In this document: one piece after another, positions 29,810-39,101 of the stretch
How positions within the stretch are numbered: the first letter of the stretch is position 1
Layout of the letters: each line of letters opens with the position of its first letter
Assembly (NCBI GenBank): GCA_964385355.1
Contig: CAYLOO010000003.1
Location: 2,879 to 66,878 of the forward strand
Direction: 5' to 3'
DNA: 64,000 nucleotides
Source: an uncultured Anaerolineaceae bacterium
GTDB taxonomy: Bacteria; Chloroflexota; Anaerolineae; Anaerolineales; E44-bin32
Made by a program: the position numbers and the translations under genes
Notes under the pieces: model-generated
What the model was told of the DNA's origin: nothing
Database searches by the model: none
Seen by the model: the letters and a program-made list of their open reading frames with translations, nothing else

Positions 29810-30778
29810 ATGCGTACAGGGCAGAACCCGGCTAAGTTTGTAAAACGCGTGGATGACCCGGAGAGGATTACTATTGCTGTCGTAACGTATATCCCTTTCC
29901 TGAGTGGGTACTATGCCCAAGCGCTTGAAGTGCTCGAGACCTGCCTCCACAGCCTATGGCAAAACACCAGCCAGCCATATGACCTATTGGTTTTCGACAA
30001 CGCCAGCGGTCCCGAGACGGTTGAATACCTGCAGGCTTTGCACCGCGACGGACGAATACAGTATTTGCTGCTCTCAGAGCGCAACCTGGGAAAAGGCAGG
30101 GCTTGGGATTTTATTTTCAACGCCGCCCCTGGAGAGATCATCGCCTACGCTGATAGTGACGTATTCTTCTACACCAATTGGCTCTCCAGAGCGATGACGA
30201 TCCTCGAATCATTCCCTCGCGTGGGGATGGTCACCTGCCGGCCTATGCGCACGCTGCCTGAACTCTATTCGGCTACGGAGACGTGGGCGAGTAGCGAGCC
30301 TACAGCCCGTCTGGAGAGCGGACAGTGGATGACGTGGGAAACGTTCCGAGAACATGATCTAAGCCTTGGGCAGGATGAGGAATCCGTACGCAGGCGCTAT
30401 GCGGAAACCGAAGATTTACGGATAGAGTACGCGGGGCAGTCAGCGCTGGTCGGAGCAGCCCATTGGCAGTTTGTAGCGCGTAAGAGTGTGCTGCAAAAGT
30501 TCACGCCCCTTGGAATTGAGCGCCCACTGGGTGACGATCGCAAACTGGATACTAGCGTCAATCAGGCGGGGTACCTGCGCCTGATGACATCTGAACCTCT
30601 GGTCCGGCATCTGGGCAATACTTTACCCGCCGATATTTCGAAGGCAATTGATGTGGACCCGCAAGCTCCTGTGAAAGATAAGCCAAGGTGGCGCAAGCGA
30701 ATACTTGAGTGGCCACCAGTGCGTCGTGTGCTCCTTTTTATCCACAACACCATTTTTCGATGGTACTTTAGCGCTTGA
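29810..30778 (+). CDS. Glycosyltransferase family 2 (tandem paralogue 2)
   Basis: Motifs MRTGQNPAKF, IAVVTYIPFLSGYY, LLVFDNASGPETV, AYADSDVFFYTNWL and FPRVGMV align position by position with 28647..29687. Confidence 0.7.
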   Translation: MRTGQNPAKFVKRVDDPERITIAVVTYIPFLSGYYAQALEVLETCLHSLWQNTSQPYDLLVFDNASGPETVEYLQALHRDGRIQYLLLSERNLGKGRAWDFIFNAAPGEIIAYADSDVFFYTNWLSRAMTILESFPRVGMVTCRPMRTLPELYSATETWASSEPTARLESGQWMTWETFREHDLSLGQDEESVRRRYAETEDLRIEYAGQSALVGAAHWQFVARKSVLQKFTPLGIERPLGDDRKLDTSVNQAGYLRLMTSEPLVRHLGNTLPADISKAIDVDPQAPVKDKPRWRKRILEWPPVRRVLLFIHNTIFRWYFSA

Positions 30779-30815
30779 CAAGCACGGATTCGACAAGTGA
30801 GGCCGGTATCTTGAA

Positions 30816-32273
30816 ATGAGACCTAAGCGAGCTTTCATCATCGCCGATCATGGTTTGGCGATCGTCTATTTCCTGCAGACGGATGTGCAGAAAGTATTTC
30901 AAGAGCAGGGTGTCGAGATCGTGTTCTTTACCGATGATGCCCTTGTCGAGCGTATCAAGGAACGGTTTGGGCGCCCAGGTTTGTTTGTGGAGGGAATGCG
31001 GCTGGATCGTGTCCGAGTGTATGAGAATGTCCACCGTGAACTCCAGTGGTGGTTAGGATTCTTGCGGCGAGTAGGGGGGTCAAACCAGATCAACACAACC
31101 GCAATGGATAGTTATGTCGATCAGGTCACGGTCGAAGTCCAGCTCCGGCAACTTCCATTCTTGCCATTTGCAAGGGGGTTGGTTTGGCTGCTACGCAGAT
31201 CCAAGCGCACCCGTCAAGCGCTAATCGAGGTTCAACGTCGGTTTACAACTGAGATTTACAAAGATCTATTCGCAACCTATCAACCGGATCTTGTCATTGG
31301 CAGCACGCCAGGCTGGCGGCAGGACCGGTACTTGCTTCGCGAGGCTTCTGTGCGCGAAGTCCGCACCGCCTCTATAGTGCTAGGCTGGGATAACCCGAGC
31401 AGCTATAGTCTTCCGGGAGCGTCCGTTGATCGTATTACCTGCTGGTCCGAAATCCAGAAAGAAGAACTTATACTGGGATCGGACTGGTCTCCTGAGCAGG
31501 TGAACATTGGCGGAATCCCGATCTATGATGGTTATTTCGAGGATCGGTGGTTGATGCCCCGAGAGGAATACTTCAAACTTCATGGCTTGGATCCCGATCG
31601 GAAACTGCTTTCGTACGCGTGCAGCTTTATCAGTTTCTCACCGAATTACCAGAATATCGAAGCCTTGGTGGACCTGGTCTCCTCAGATGCACTCGTCGCG
31701 CCGTCACAATTGCTGATCAGGCTGCACCCCAACCATTTCTGGGATAACTGGTTGTTTCAGGATGAGCGAGAGCGAATCTATCGTCTAGCAGAACAGTACC
31801 CCCATGTACATGTCGTCGATCCGGTTCCTATAGGCGGGGAGTTGGGGTATTACTCAGGGGAAGATATGCCTGAGAAAACCTCAATGATGGCACATGCGGA
31901 CGTCTTTTTAACTGTCTATTCGACAATGGTTGTTGAGGCGGCAATCCACGATCGACCGATTGTAAGTGTTTGCATCGATGCACCAAGAGGATGGGGCTAC
32001 GTAAGGCGTTTTTACTTACGGAAATATTCTCTTCCGCTTTCGAAGATAGGCGATTGGCCCACTCACGATCGATTCAGAAAATCGGGCGCTGGGAAGGTTG
32101 TCTACAGCAAGACTCAGCTACTTGACGCCGTCAATGATTACTTGACTCATCCCGAAGCGGATGCAGAGAACCGAAGGTCTTTTGTCGAGCGTGAGGTGGT
32201 ATTCACAGACGGCAGTGCAGGACGAAAGACAGGGGAATACCTACTTTCGTTACTCGAGGGTGAAGCACAATGA
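30816..32273 (+). CDS. GT-B-like transferase candidate (TagF/KpsS-like C-terminal pattern)
   Basis: 485 aa. LLIRLHPNH and ADVFLTVYSTMVVEAAIHDRPIVSV resemble the C-terminal half of CDP-glycerol glycerophosphotransferase or capsule-synthesis type enzymes. The assignment is weak. Confidence 0.3.
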   Translation: MRPKRAFIIADHGLAIVYFLQTDVQKVFQEQGVEIVFFTDDALVERIKERFGRPGLFVEGMRLDRVRVYENVHRELQWWLGFLRRVGGSNQINTTAMDSYVDQVTVEVQLRQLPFLPFARGLVWLLRRSKRTRQALIEVQRRFTTEIYKDLFATYQPDLVIGSTPGWRQDRYLLREASVREVRTASIVLGWDNPSSYSLPGASVDRITCWSEIQKEELILGSDWSPEQVNIGGIPIYDGYFEDRWLMPREEYFKLHGLDPDRKLLSYACSFISFSPNYQNIEALVDLVSSDALVAPSQLLIRLHPNHFWDNWLFQDERERIYRLAEQYPHVHVVDPVPIGGELGYYSGEDMPEKTSMMAHADVFLTVYSTMVVEAAIHDRPIVSVCIDAPRGWGYVRRFYLRKYSLPLSKIGDWPTHDRFRKSGAGKVVYSKTQLLDAVNDYLTHPEADAENRRSFVEREVVFTDGSAGRKTGEYLLSLLEGEAQ

Positions 32274-33244
32274 AGTTCATGATCGCTGGTTTGGGCTCAA
32301 TTGGTCGACGACACTTGAGAAATCTTATTGCCTTAGGCGAGGAGGACATTGTGCTCTTCCGGTCTGGCAAGAGCACACTGCCGGATGATGAATTAAAGGG
32401 GTACATCAACGAAACGGATCTCGATTCGGCTTTGGCCCATGAACCCGATGCCGTCATTGTGTCCAACCCAACAGCTCTACATCTCGATGTAGCCATTCCA
32501 GCCGCGGAGGCGGGCTGTCATTTGCTGCTTGAGAAACCGATCTCCCACACCCTGGAGCGCATAGACGAATTGGATGCGGCGGTGGGGCGTGGTGGCGGGA
32601 AGGTATTGGTCGGATATCAATTCCGATTCCATCCCGGGTTGCAGGCGGTGAAGCGTTGGCTGGAGGAAGGGCTTATCGGCAAACCGATCAGCGCGCATGC
32701 GCATTGGGGGGAGCACTTGCCGGACTGGCACCCATGGGAGAATTATCAAAATTCCTACGCCGCACGCGAGGATTTGGGCGGCGGGGTTGTTTTAACACTC
32801 TGCCATCCTTTTGATTACTTAAGGTGGTTGCTTGGAGATGTTGAATTAGTATTGGGAATGGTGGGTAATATAGGCGAACTAGGATTGGAAGTTGAGGATA
32901 CGGCAGATGTTGTGCTCAAATTTGAGTCCGGTGCACACGGCAGCGTTCACCTAGATTACTACCAACGACCGGGCACGCATAACCTTGAAATCATTGGATC
33001 AGAGGGCACGATTCATTGGAACAATGAAGATGGTACAACGCGAATATATCACGCAAGCAAGCAGGAATGGGAACTGATCTCTCCTCCGGAAGGGTTCGAG
33101 AGAAATGACCTCTTTCTCGCCGAGATGAGCCATTTCATCGAGGTCGTGGCAGGTGTCGCAGAGCCAGTATGCGATCTTGTTGATGGAATAAGAGCGCTGA
33201 ACATTGCAGTGGCTGCAAGGAGTTCCACACTAACGAACACATGA
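32270..33244 (+). CDS. Gfo/Idh/MocA-family NAD(P)-dependent oxidoreductase
   Basis: MKFMIAGLGSIGRRHLRNL is a Rossmann motif, followed by LLLEKPIS (EKP motif). The ATG overlaps the upstream TGA (ATGA). Confidence 0.8.
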   Translation: MKFMIAGLGSIGRRHLRNLIALGEEDIVLFRSGKSTLPDDELKGYINETDLDSALAHEPDAVIVSNPTALHLDVAIPAAEAGCHLLLEKPISHTLERIDELDAAVGRGGGKVLVGYQFRFHPGLQAVKRWLEEGLIGKPISAHAHWGEHLPDWHPWENYQNSYAAREDLGGGVVLTLCHPFDYLRWLLGDVELVLGMVGNIGELGLEVEDTADVVLKFESGAHGSVHLDYYQRPGTHNLEIIGSEGTIHWNNEDGTTRIYHASKQEWELISPPEGFERNDLFLAEMSHFIEVVAGVAEPVCDLVDGIRALNIAVAARSSTLTNT

Positions 33245-33359
33245 GTTCTACATGCCGGAAGGGAAGTTATATCCGGATGAATCATTCTTAGTGATTGGAT
33301 CCGGAACCCTCTCGTTTGATTAGTGGTTGGTGGTCAGGGTTAAGTATCGAGGTTCGTTG

Positions 33360-34811
33360 ATGCTTCGAGCACAAAGAAACATGCGACACTACACTAGTTG
33401 GGCCACCCAATTTATTTGTAATAATAAGGTGGTATTTCTTTTACTCATCGTCATCAACGGAATCGTCTTGGTAAATGCTATTCTCCACGATCCGGCTATT
33501 GGATATGATACGTTAGACTACTTCAAGTACATCGAAATCCTTTCGACTGGAAGATTCCCAACCCCAACAGAGACGCGGGAATTCTTCTCCCCGCCATTGC
33601 CGTTTATTTTCCCGTCGCTACTCATGACACTTTTCCATGTTGATGTATTGGCCGCAGCTAAACTCGCTCAATTAGCTAATGTCCTGTTGTCTATCGGTGT
33701 CACCGTCATCTTACTAAAAGTTTGTAAAATCATTCAGCGAAATTCCAGTAGTCTTCAAATCGCTTCCCTAGCATTTCTGGGAATCCTGCCCGTCTATTAC
33801 AAATCGATGGCTTTTATTAGAAGTGAACCGTATAGCATCTTCCTTGCTTTACTCTCAGTCAAAATACTCTTGGATATTTTGATTCAAGAACAAAGATCCT
33901 TCGCAAAGGCTTTGACTCTTGGAATATGCATTGGCCTTCTGCTCCTAACTCGCCAGTGGGTTTTCTTTCTTCTTCCTGCGATGATAATCACTGTTGTAAT
34001 CGATGCTTTGAAGCATTCTGAACGAATACCGGATTACCTCAAAATGTCTGTCGTGAGCTTTATAGTTATTCTAATATTATCTTCTTGGTTTTATATCCAC
34101 CTTTTCATGAGTGCAGGTTCACCTGTGGCATTCAATCGAGCAGCTGCGGATCAGTTCAATTTCTCTAATCAACCGAGATCTTTTTATCTGGGTAAAGGAT
34201 CAGGGAAGCTATTTAAAGATCCAGTGCGCGAATCTTTTCCTCGTCAATTTATTCCAATTTTCTATTCTGAGACTTGGGGGGATTATTGGTGTTACTTTGC
34301 GGTATTCGGATGGGATTCTAGAGAAAGTACATACCTAGCGGGAGATCTCCTTTCATCTTATGTGTCAACAGCACCTGAATGGTTGACAACGAATAGACCT
34401 GCCATGGGAGCATATTTAGGCAGGGTGAATCTTGTTTCGATACTTCCAACACTTCTGGCATTCCTCGGATTCTGTTCGGGCTTCATTGCATTTTTCTATA
34501 TGCTGTTGCAAAAACGTCCGTCAACTGAAAATGTTAGTTACTCCTTCTTCATGCTTCTTATCCTTTCATCGATGCTTGGGTATCTATGGTTTCATCTTAA
34601 ATATCCAGTGCCTGGCGAGGGCGACACAATCAAAGCTACATACATGCTTCAGATTTTTCCCTTTGTTGCACTGCTAGCTGGCGGTGTAATGGAGCGACTT
34701 AGAAGGATTTCTACTTTACCTTACTTTTTGTGGTTGGGCACACTGGCGATCGTGTTTCTTCATAATTTCAACACGATGCTTACACACTATCTTCCTCCAG
34801 GGATTCCCTGA
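33360..34811 (+). CDS. Polytopic membrane protein, GT-C-fold glycosyltransferase candidate (low-GC block)
   Basis: Track ORF 33327..34811. ATG 33360 lies 8 nt after GAGG. First-loop motif GYDTLDYFKYIEILSTGRFP...FSPPLPFIFPSLL, with many TM segments. Line 33421-33480 is 35% GC by hand count. Confidence 0.5.
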   Translation: MLRAQRNMRHYTSWATQFICNNKVVFLLLIVINGIVLVNAILHDPAIGYDTLDYFKYIEILSTGRFPTPTETREFFSPPLPFIFPSLLMTLFHVDVLAAAKLAQLANVLLSIGVTVILLKVCKIIQRNSSSLQIASLAFLGILPVYYKSMAFIRSEPYSIFLALLSVKILLDILIQEQRSFAKALTLGICIGLLLLTRQWVFFLLPAMIITVVIDALKHSERIPDYLKMSVVSFIVILILSSWFYIHLFMSAGSPVAFNRAAADQFNFSNQPRSFYLGKGSGKLFKDPVRESFPRQFIPIFYSETWGDYWCYFAVFGWDSRESTYLAGDLLSSYVSTAPEWLTTNRPAMGAYLGRVNLVSILPTLLAFLGFCSGFIAFFYMLLQKRPSTENVSYSFFMLLILSSMLGYLWFHLKYPVPGEGDTIKATYMLQIFPFVALLAGGVMERLRRISTLPYFLWLGTLAIVFLHNFNTMLTHYLPPGIP

Positions 34812-35103
34812 TCTTTGATTTGTTCTAAATTGAAGGTACTTGCTGGTAGTAGCCTAACAAGACTAAATCCTGTTGTTATTTTGTGTGTGGACCAAGCATA
34901 ATCTCGTGTCTTATTTTTGCCATTTGGAGTCTAAAGGTGCCCTCGATTACCCTCGCTCAGAACATGATCGCTTCGATTAACAGTAGTCGCATCTCACTGA
35001 TGGGAGGAATAGGGAGGAAGTGGTAAACTTGATTTTGAAGGTTCCAGAATAGCGGAACGACCGGCAGATTTCGAGTAACAATCGTCGCGATTCTCATATT
35101 TGT

Positions 35104-35118
35104 AGTCAGTTATTGAAT
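35104..35118 (+). promoter_or_regulatory. One-mismatch copy of the ATTCA-N5-TGAAT palindrome (AGTCA-GTTAT-TGAAT)
   Basis: TCAGTTATTGAAT at 35106-35118 shares TCAG-NN-A.TGAAT with 3183-3195 and 12518-12530. It lies about 50 nt upstream of ATG 35167. Confidence 0.35.
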
Positions 35119-35166
35119 GGCGGCGTGGAATATATTGGGCAAACCGTAATAAAAAGGCTGAATCTG

Positions 35167-36723
35167 ATGGGGTTTCAAGATTTTCATCGAGACCATAGAT
35201 GGATTTTCTATCTGAGTGGCCTCGCCTTGCTAGGCGTTGCCGTTATTCTGGTTTTTACACGCTTCGGTCCTGGCGCCAGTGGAGATTCCGTATATTACAT
35301 CATGGGTGGTCAAAACATTGCCGATGGTAATGGTTTTAGTCGGACTTCTGGTGGTGGTGAGATTAAACCCATAACTGGTTTTCCACCCTTCTTCTCCCTT
35401 GTGATGTCGATCTTCGCTTATATTGGAATAAACATGTTTGCCGGGGGACGAGGTCTTAACGCACTTCTGTTTGCTGCTAATATCTTTCTGACAGGTTTTA
35501 TTATTTATCGCTATTGTCGATCAATGTGGCCAGCGCTTATCGGAGGTGCGCTTGTTTTATCCTCTAACACCATAATTGAGAGCCATGGCTGGATCATGTC
35601 AGAACCGCTCTATGTTTTCCTGATGTTGCTCGCGATCTATACGCTAGTAAGATATCTCGAAGGGCACAACCGGAGTTTCTGGGTTCTATCCATTATTTTC
35701 ATCAGCTTAGCGAGCCTGACGAGATTTGTCGGTGTAGCACTCACCGCGGCGGGTGTATTTGCCATCCTAGTTCTAGATAAGAGGAAGTTTACCCGTCGAC
35801 TAATTGACAGCATCTTATTTGGAATTTTGAGTCTCATTCCGTTAGTCCTATGGATGATGCGAAATTCTTTTATCGCTGGAACGTCGACGAATCGAGCGTG
35901 GATATATCATCCAATTCGCCCAGAATTAGCAATTCAATATCTAGCGGAGATCAGCTCATGGTTTGCGCCTGGGCAATTACCATTCCCGGAAGTCATACGG
36001 GCGGCGATCTCTATTTCTATCGTTCTCATCCTGCTATCCATACTTCTATATCGTGATATTAAGAAGGGTTTATTGAATCGAGAGAAAAAGGCTGAATTAT
36101 TTGATGCGCTTCCTTGGATTCTTTGTGCATATATCTTGAGTTATCTCGCGATCATTGTTATCAATTCCTTATTTTTAGATGCCGCAACTACACCTGCCGC
36201 TCCGCCCCGATATTTGCTTCCCGTTTATATTGCCTGTGTCATTCTATTCACATCCATTATTTATCGGTTGACAAGTTGGAATTCGCGCTCTTTAAGCTTG
36301 AAGTATATTGCCGCGGCGTATGGTGTGATGCTATTAGTGATAAATTCCATCCTTTCATTCAATATCTTGAGATACCCTTTGCCAATGATGGGCTACACGG
36401 GTTTAAAGCAACAATGGCCGGATGTGGTTGCCCGTTTGAAGGAAGTTGATCCTTCCACGGCGATTATTTCAAATAATCCTGAGATGGTCTATGTTTTTAC
36501 AGAACGACCAGCCTATATGCGGCCAATTAGTTTTGATGTATATAAATTGACCATCAGGGAAGATTACAGTGAACAACTGGAATGGGTACAATCCTTATTA
36601 GATGGCGGCGGAGTTTACGTCCAGCTCCGCGAACCAGGCCCCGATGATATTGAGGCCATCGAAGACTTAAACATCGAAGTTCGTTACTCGTTTCCCGCGG
36701 CGTGGATATACGTCGCCCGATGA
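35167..36723 (+). CDS. Polytopic membrane protein, GT-C-fold glycosyltransferase candidate (paralogue of 39102..40733)
   Basis: The track ORF starts at TTG 35113, inside the palindrome, so ATG 35167 (MGFQDFHRD) is preferred; the start remains uncertain. Motif GASGDSVYYIMGGQNIADGNGFS...GFPPFFSLV, and a C-terminal soluble domain (IISNNPEMVYVFTERPAYMRP). Confidence 0.5.
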   Translation: MGFQDFHRDHRWIFYLSGLALLGVAVILVFTRFGPGASGDSVYYIMGGQNIADGNGFSRTSGGGEIKPITGFPPFFSLVMSIFAYIGINMFAGGRGLNALLFAANIFLTGFIIYRYCRSMWPALIGGALVLSSNTIIESHGWIMSEPLYVFLMLLAIYTLVRYLEGHNRSFWVLSIIFISLASLTRFVGVALTAAGVFAILVLDKRKFTRRLIDSILFGILSLIPLVLWMMRNSFIAGTSTNRAWIYHPIRPELAIQYLAEISSWFAPGQLPFPEVIRAAISISIVLILLSILLYRDIKKGLLNREKKAELFDALPWILCAYILSYLAIIVINSLFLDAATTPAAPPRYLLPVYIACVILFTSIIYRLTSWNSRSLSLKYIAAAYGVMLLVINSILSFNILRYPLPMMGYTGLKQQWPDVVARLKEVDPSTAIISNNPEMVYVFTERPAYMRPISFDVYKLTIREDYSEQLEWVQSLLDGGGVYVQLREPGPDDIEAIEDLNIEVRYSFPAAWIYVAR

Positions 36724-36807
36724 TGGATAACCCAAAGCTCAATAAACGACTTAACATAAAGTAAATAATCAATAACAATGTCTACTAATTAAAATCGAGG
36801 CAATGCT

Positions 36808-37821
36808 GTGAAAGGGAATAAGGGCAAATTGGAAAAATCAACCTTCCAGGGTGAGAATGCACCGAGTATCACTGGGCGTGGATATGATGAAATTGAAATC
36901 TCGGTGGTCTTGCCGATTTTTGAGGAAGAAGAGACGATAAAGAGTCTGATTCCGAGCATCATCCATGTTCTGAGCGAGCAAGGTTTCACTTTCGAGGTAA
37001 TCGCAGTCGATGATGGATCTAAGGATGATTCATTACGTGTGCTGCGTGATCTTAAACAGATGAATCCTGATACTCTTAGAGTCGTTCAACATCTCCATAA
37101 TAGGGGAAACGGAACTTCATTGCGGACGGGCATCCGCGTTGCTCGAGGGGTCATCGTTGTCACGATGGATGCCGATGCTCAACATGATCCAGAGGACATT
37201 CTCAAATTCCTGGCTGAGATCCCTCCTTATGACTTGGTCATCGGAGCGCGCACTGAGAGTTACAAAGGAAGCTGGTCTCGCGGGGTCGCAAACCGTTTCT
37301 ATAATTGGTTTGCTAGCTGGTTATCGCGAACTGAAGTAGAAGATCTTACTTCAGGATTTCGGGCAATGCGGAGAGATGCAGTTTTACACTTCTTGCCGCT
37401 GTTCCCAGATGGTTTTTCTGCGCCTACGACTACAACCTTGGCATTCCTCAAGGCAGGTTATAACGTCACCTTTCTACCTATTCATGTGGGTAAGCGAGCA
37501 GCCGGAAAAAGTAAGATAAATCTATGGGGTGATGGTACACAGTTCATCATGATCATCTTGAGAATAATCATGCTCTATGACCCCCTGCGGATCTTCTTTC
37601 CAGCCGGTGTTGTGCTTGGCTTTCTCGGATTTCTAGCAGGGATTGCCGGAATACTGAACGCTCACCGTTTGGTTATATCCAACTCGGCAATCTTGCTCTT
37701 CTTTGCAGCGATTCTGATCTGGTTGTTGGGATTAATCGCGAGTCAGGTGGCTAGCACATTGATACAATATCATGGTGATGAGACCATTATTGTGGATGAT
37801 TCCCCTGCTGGCCTCAGCTGA
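36808..37821 (+). CDS. GT2 polyprenyl-phosphate glycosyltransferase (Dpm1/ArnC/GtrB-like), second copy
   Basis: Motifs ISVVLPIFEEEETI, VIAVDDGSKDDS and MDADAQHDPED, with C-terminal TM helices (IFFPAGVVLGFLGFLAGIAGIL, ILLFFAAILIWLLGLIASQV). GAGG lies 8 nt before GTG 36808. Confidence 0.85.
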   Translation: MKGNKGKLEKSTFQGENAPSITGRGYDEIEISVVLPIFEEEETIKSLIPSIIHVLSEQGFTFEVIAVDDGSKDDSLRVLRDLKQMNPDTLRVVQHLHNRGNGTSLRTGIRVARGVIVVTMDADAQHDPEDILKFLAEIPPYDLVIGARTESYKGSWSRGVANRFYNWFASWLSRTEVEDLTSGFRAMRRDAVLHFLPLFPDGFSAPTTTTLAFLKAGYNVTFLPIHVGKRAAGKSKINLWGDGTQFIMIILRIIMLYDPLRIFFPAGVVLGFLGFLAGIAGILNAHRLVISNSAILLFFAAILIWLLGLIASQVASTLIQYHGDETIIVDDSPAGLS

Positions 37822-38017
37822 TCCGCTTGATAATCGATCAAGCTATCAATGGAATTAGTAGTCAAGGATTCAGCTGGCACTGGTAAATCCACATCTGCAG
37901 AGAGCGGAATTTGACGTATCCCCCACCATACAATTCGATATCGCTATGTCCGTTTGAAGCGATAGTTTGATTGGGGCTTCCTTTCTCCTTGTCGCTTCTA
38001 TGAAAACATTGATGCGC

Positions 38018-38686
38018 TTATGAAAACCGATGTAATGCTGGGGATTGAAAATCGGATATCTTCTCCGCGAGGACGAAAGTCCAGAGGAGTGGGGTTTCAA
38101 CCTTTATGATTTTAAAGTGTTTGCTTATTAACGCCTTGAAACTTCGAACCGACCAGTGATTGATGTGCTCGGGAGTATTTCCAAGGTCGCGAATGTATTT
38201 TAATCGAGCGAGGTTACCTAACCGCCACCATGGTTCATTAGGGACACTAGCGAGGAGATATTTGCTCGTAACTCGAAAAGCCTCTTGAAGCACGGTGTCT
38301 GGCTCGCCTACGTGTTCCAGGACTTCAAGAATCGTGACTAAGTCAATTGAGTTGTCACCAAAAGGTAATTCTTGTGCGTTTCCGATGATGAAGGGGATAT
38401 CTCCAGCTTGGTCCTTGGCTAAATGTATCCGGGCTGGGTCTAAATCGATGCCCAGAGAAGGAACGACAAGATCTTTCCGGAGCCGTTCCAGAACCATGCC
38501 TTCACCACAGCCAACATCTAAGATCCTACTTGGTGAGATTGAGTCTACAAATGTATATATCGTATGAAAGAAGCGAGAATTAGCATACCGAACGATCCAA
38601 CTGGAGTCATGGTACTTGGCCTGGTACGCTGCCAGGTTTTCGCTAGAATCGCGCTTGTGCACAGGATTATTTTCCGCTTTATTCAT
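38018..38686 (-). CDS. Class I SAM-dependent methyltransferase (the only minus-strand gene called)
   Basis: Track ORF 38018..38899. The internal ATG at 38686 (MNKAENNPV) is preceded by GAAGGTGG. Motifs ILDVGCGEGMVLERL, GNAQELPFGDNSIDLVTILEVLEHV and a NEPWW tail. Confidence 0.8.
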   Translation of the reverse strand: MNKAENNPVHKRDSSENLAAYQAKYHDSSWIVRYANSRFFHTIYTFVDSISPSRILDVGCGEGMVLERLRKDLVVPSLGIDLDPARIHLAKDQAGDIPFIIGNAQELPFGDNSIDLVTILEVLEHVGEPDTVLQEAFRVTSKYLLASVPNEPWWRLGNLARLKYIRDLGNTPEHINHWSVRSFKALISKHFKIIKVETPLLWTFVLAEKISDFQSPALHRFS

Positions 38687-39101
38687 GATCAAATTACCAC
38701 CTTCGATAGATTTTATACTACTTTGAGTATGCTTCAAACCTGATCCCATCCATATGTAGAACGGAGAAGGTATTCGTGAGCTAGCTTGGGTCCTTCCAGG
38801 GTGAAAGATCGTGAGGAGTGAAGATTCTAATGTGTGGATTGTTATCAAGAACAGGTTATAAAGTAAAATAATTTTGCACGTCGCTTTAAAAAAACGCAAC
38901 CCAGTTAGTTCATCAACAATCTACATAGGAGCAAATGAGTTCGGTACGGATGATTATGCGGTTTAATTGGAGATAGCTCTCGATTTTCTGATTATTGGTA
39001 CCACCTGACTTTTTATCTCAAGGGTTTATATCAGCTTATTTCTGCCTGATAGAGATCTTGTCTGCATAATCAATTTATGAATATATTGGGAGTGACCAAC
39101 A

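Noticed and set aside
34964-35026. A 20-codon ATG ORF (MIASINSSRISLMGGIGRKW) in the 34812-35166 leader.
   Set aside because: It has no RBS upstream. Its 3' end merely runs through the duplicated GGGAGGAA motifs, and there is no evidence of coding.
37825-37843. The hairpin GCTTGAT-AATCG-ATCAAGC 4 nt after the GT2 stop, considered as an intrinsic terminator.
   Set aside because: The stem is AT-rich and no U-tract follows. I did not find convincing GC-rich stem plus T-run terminators anywhere in the window.
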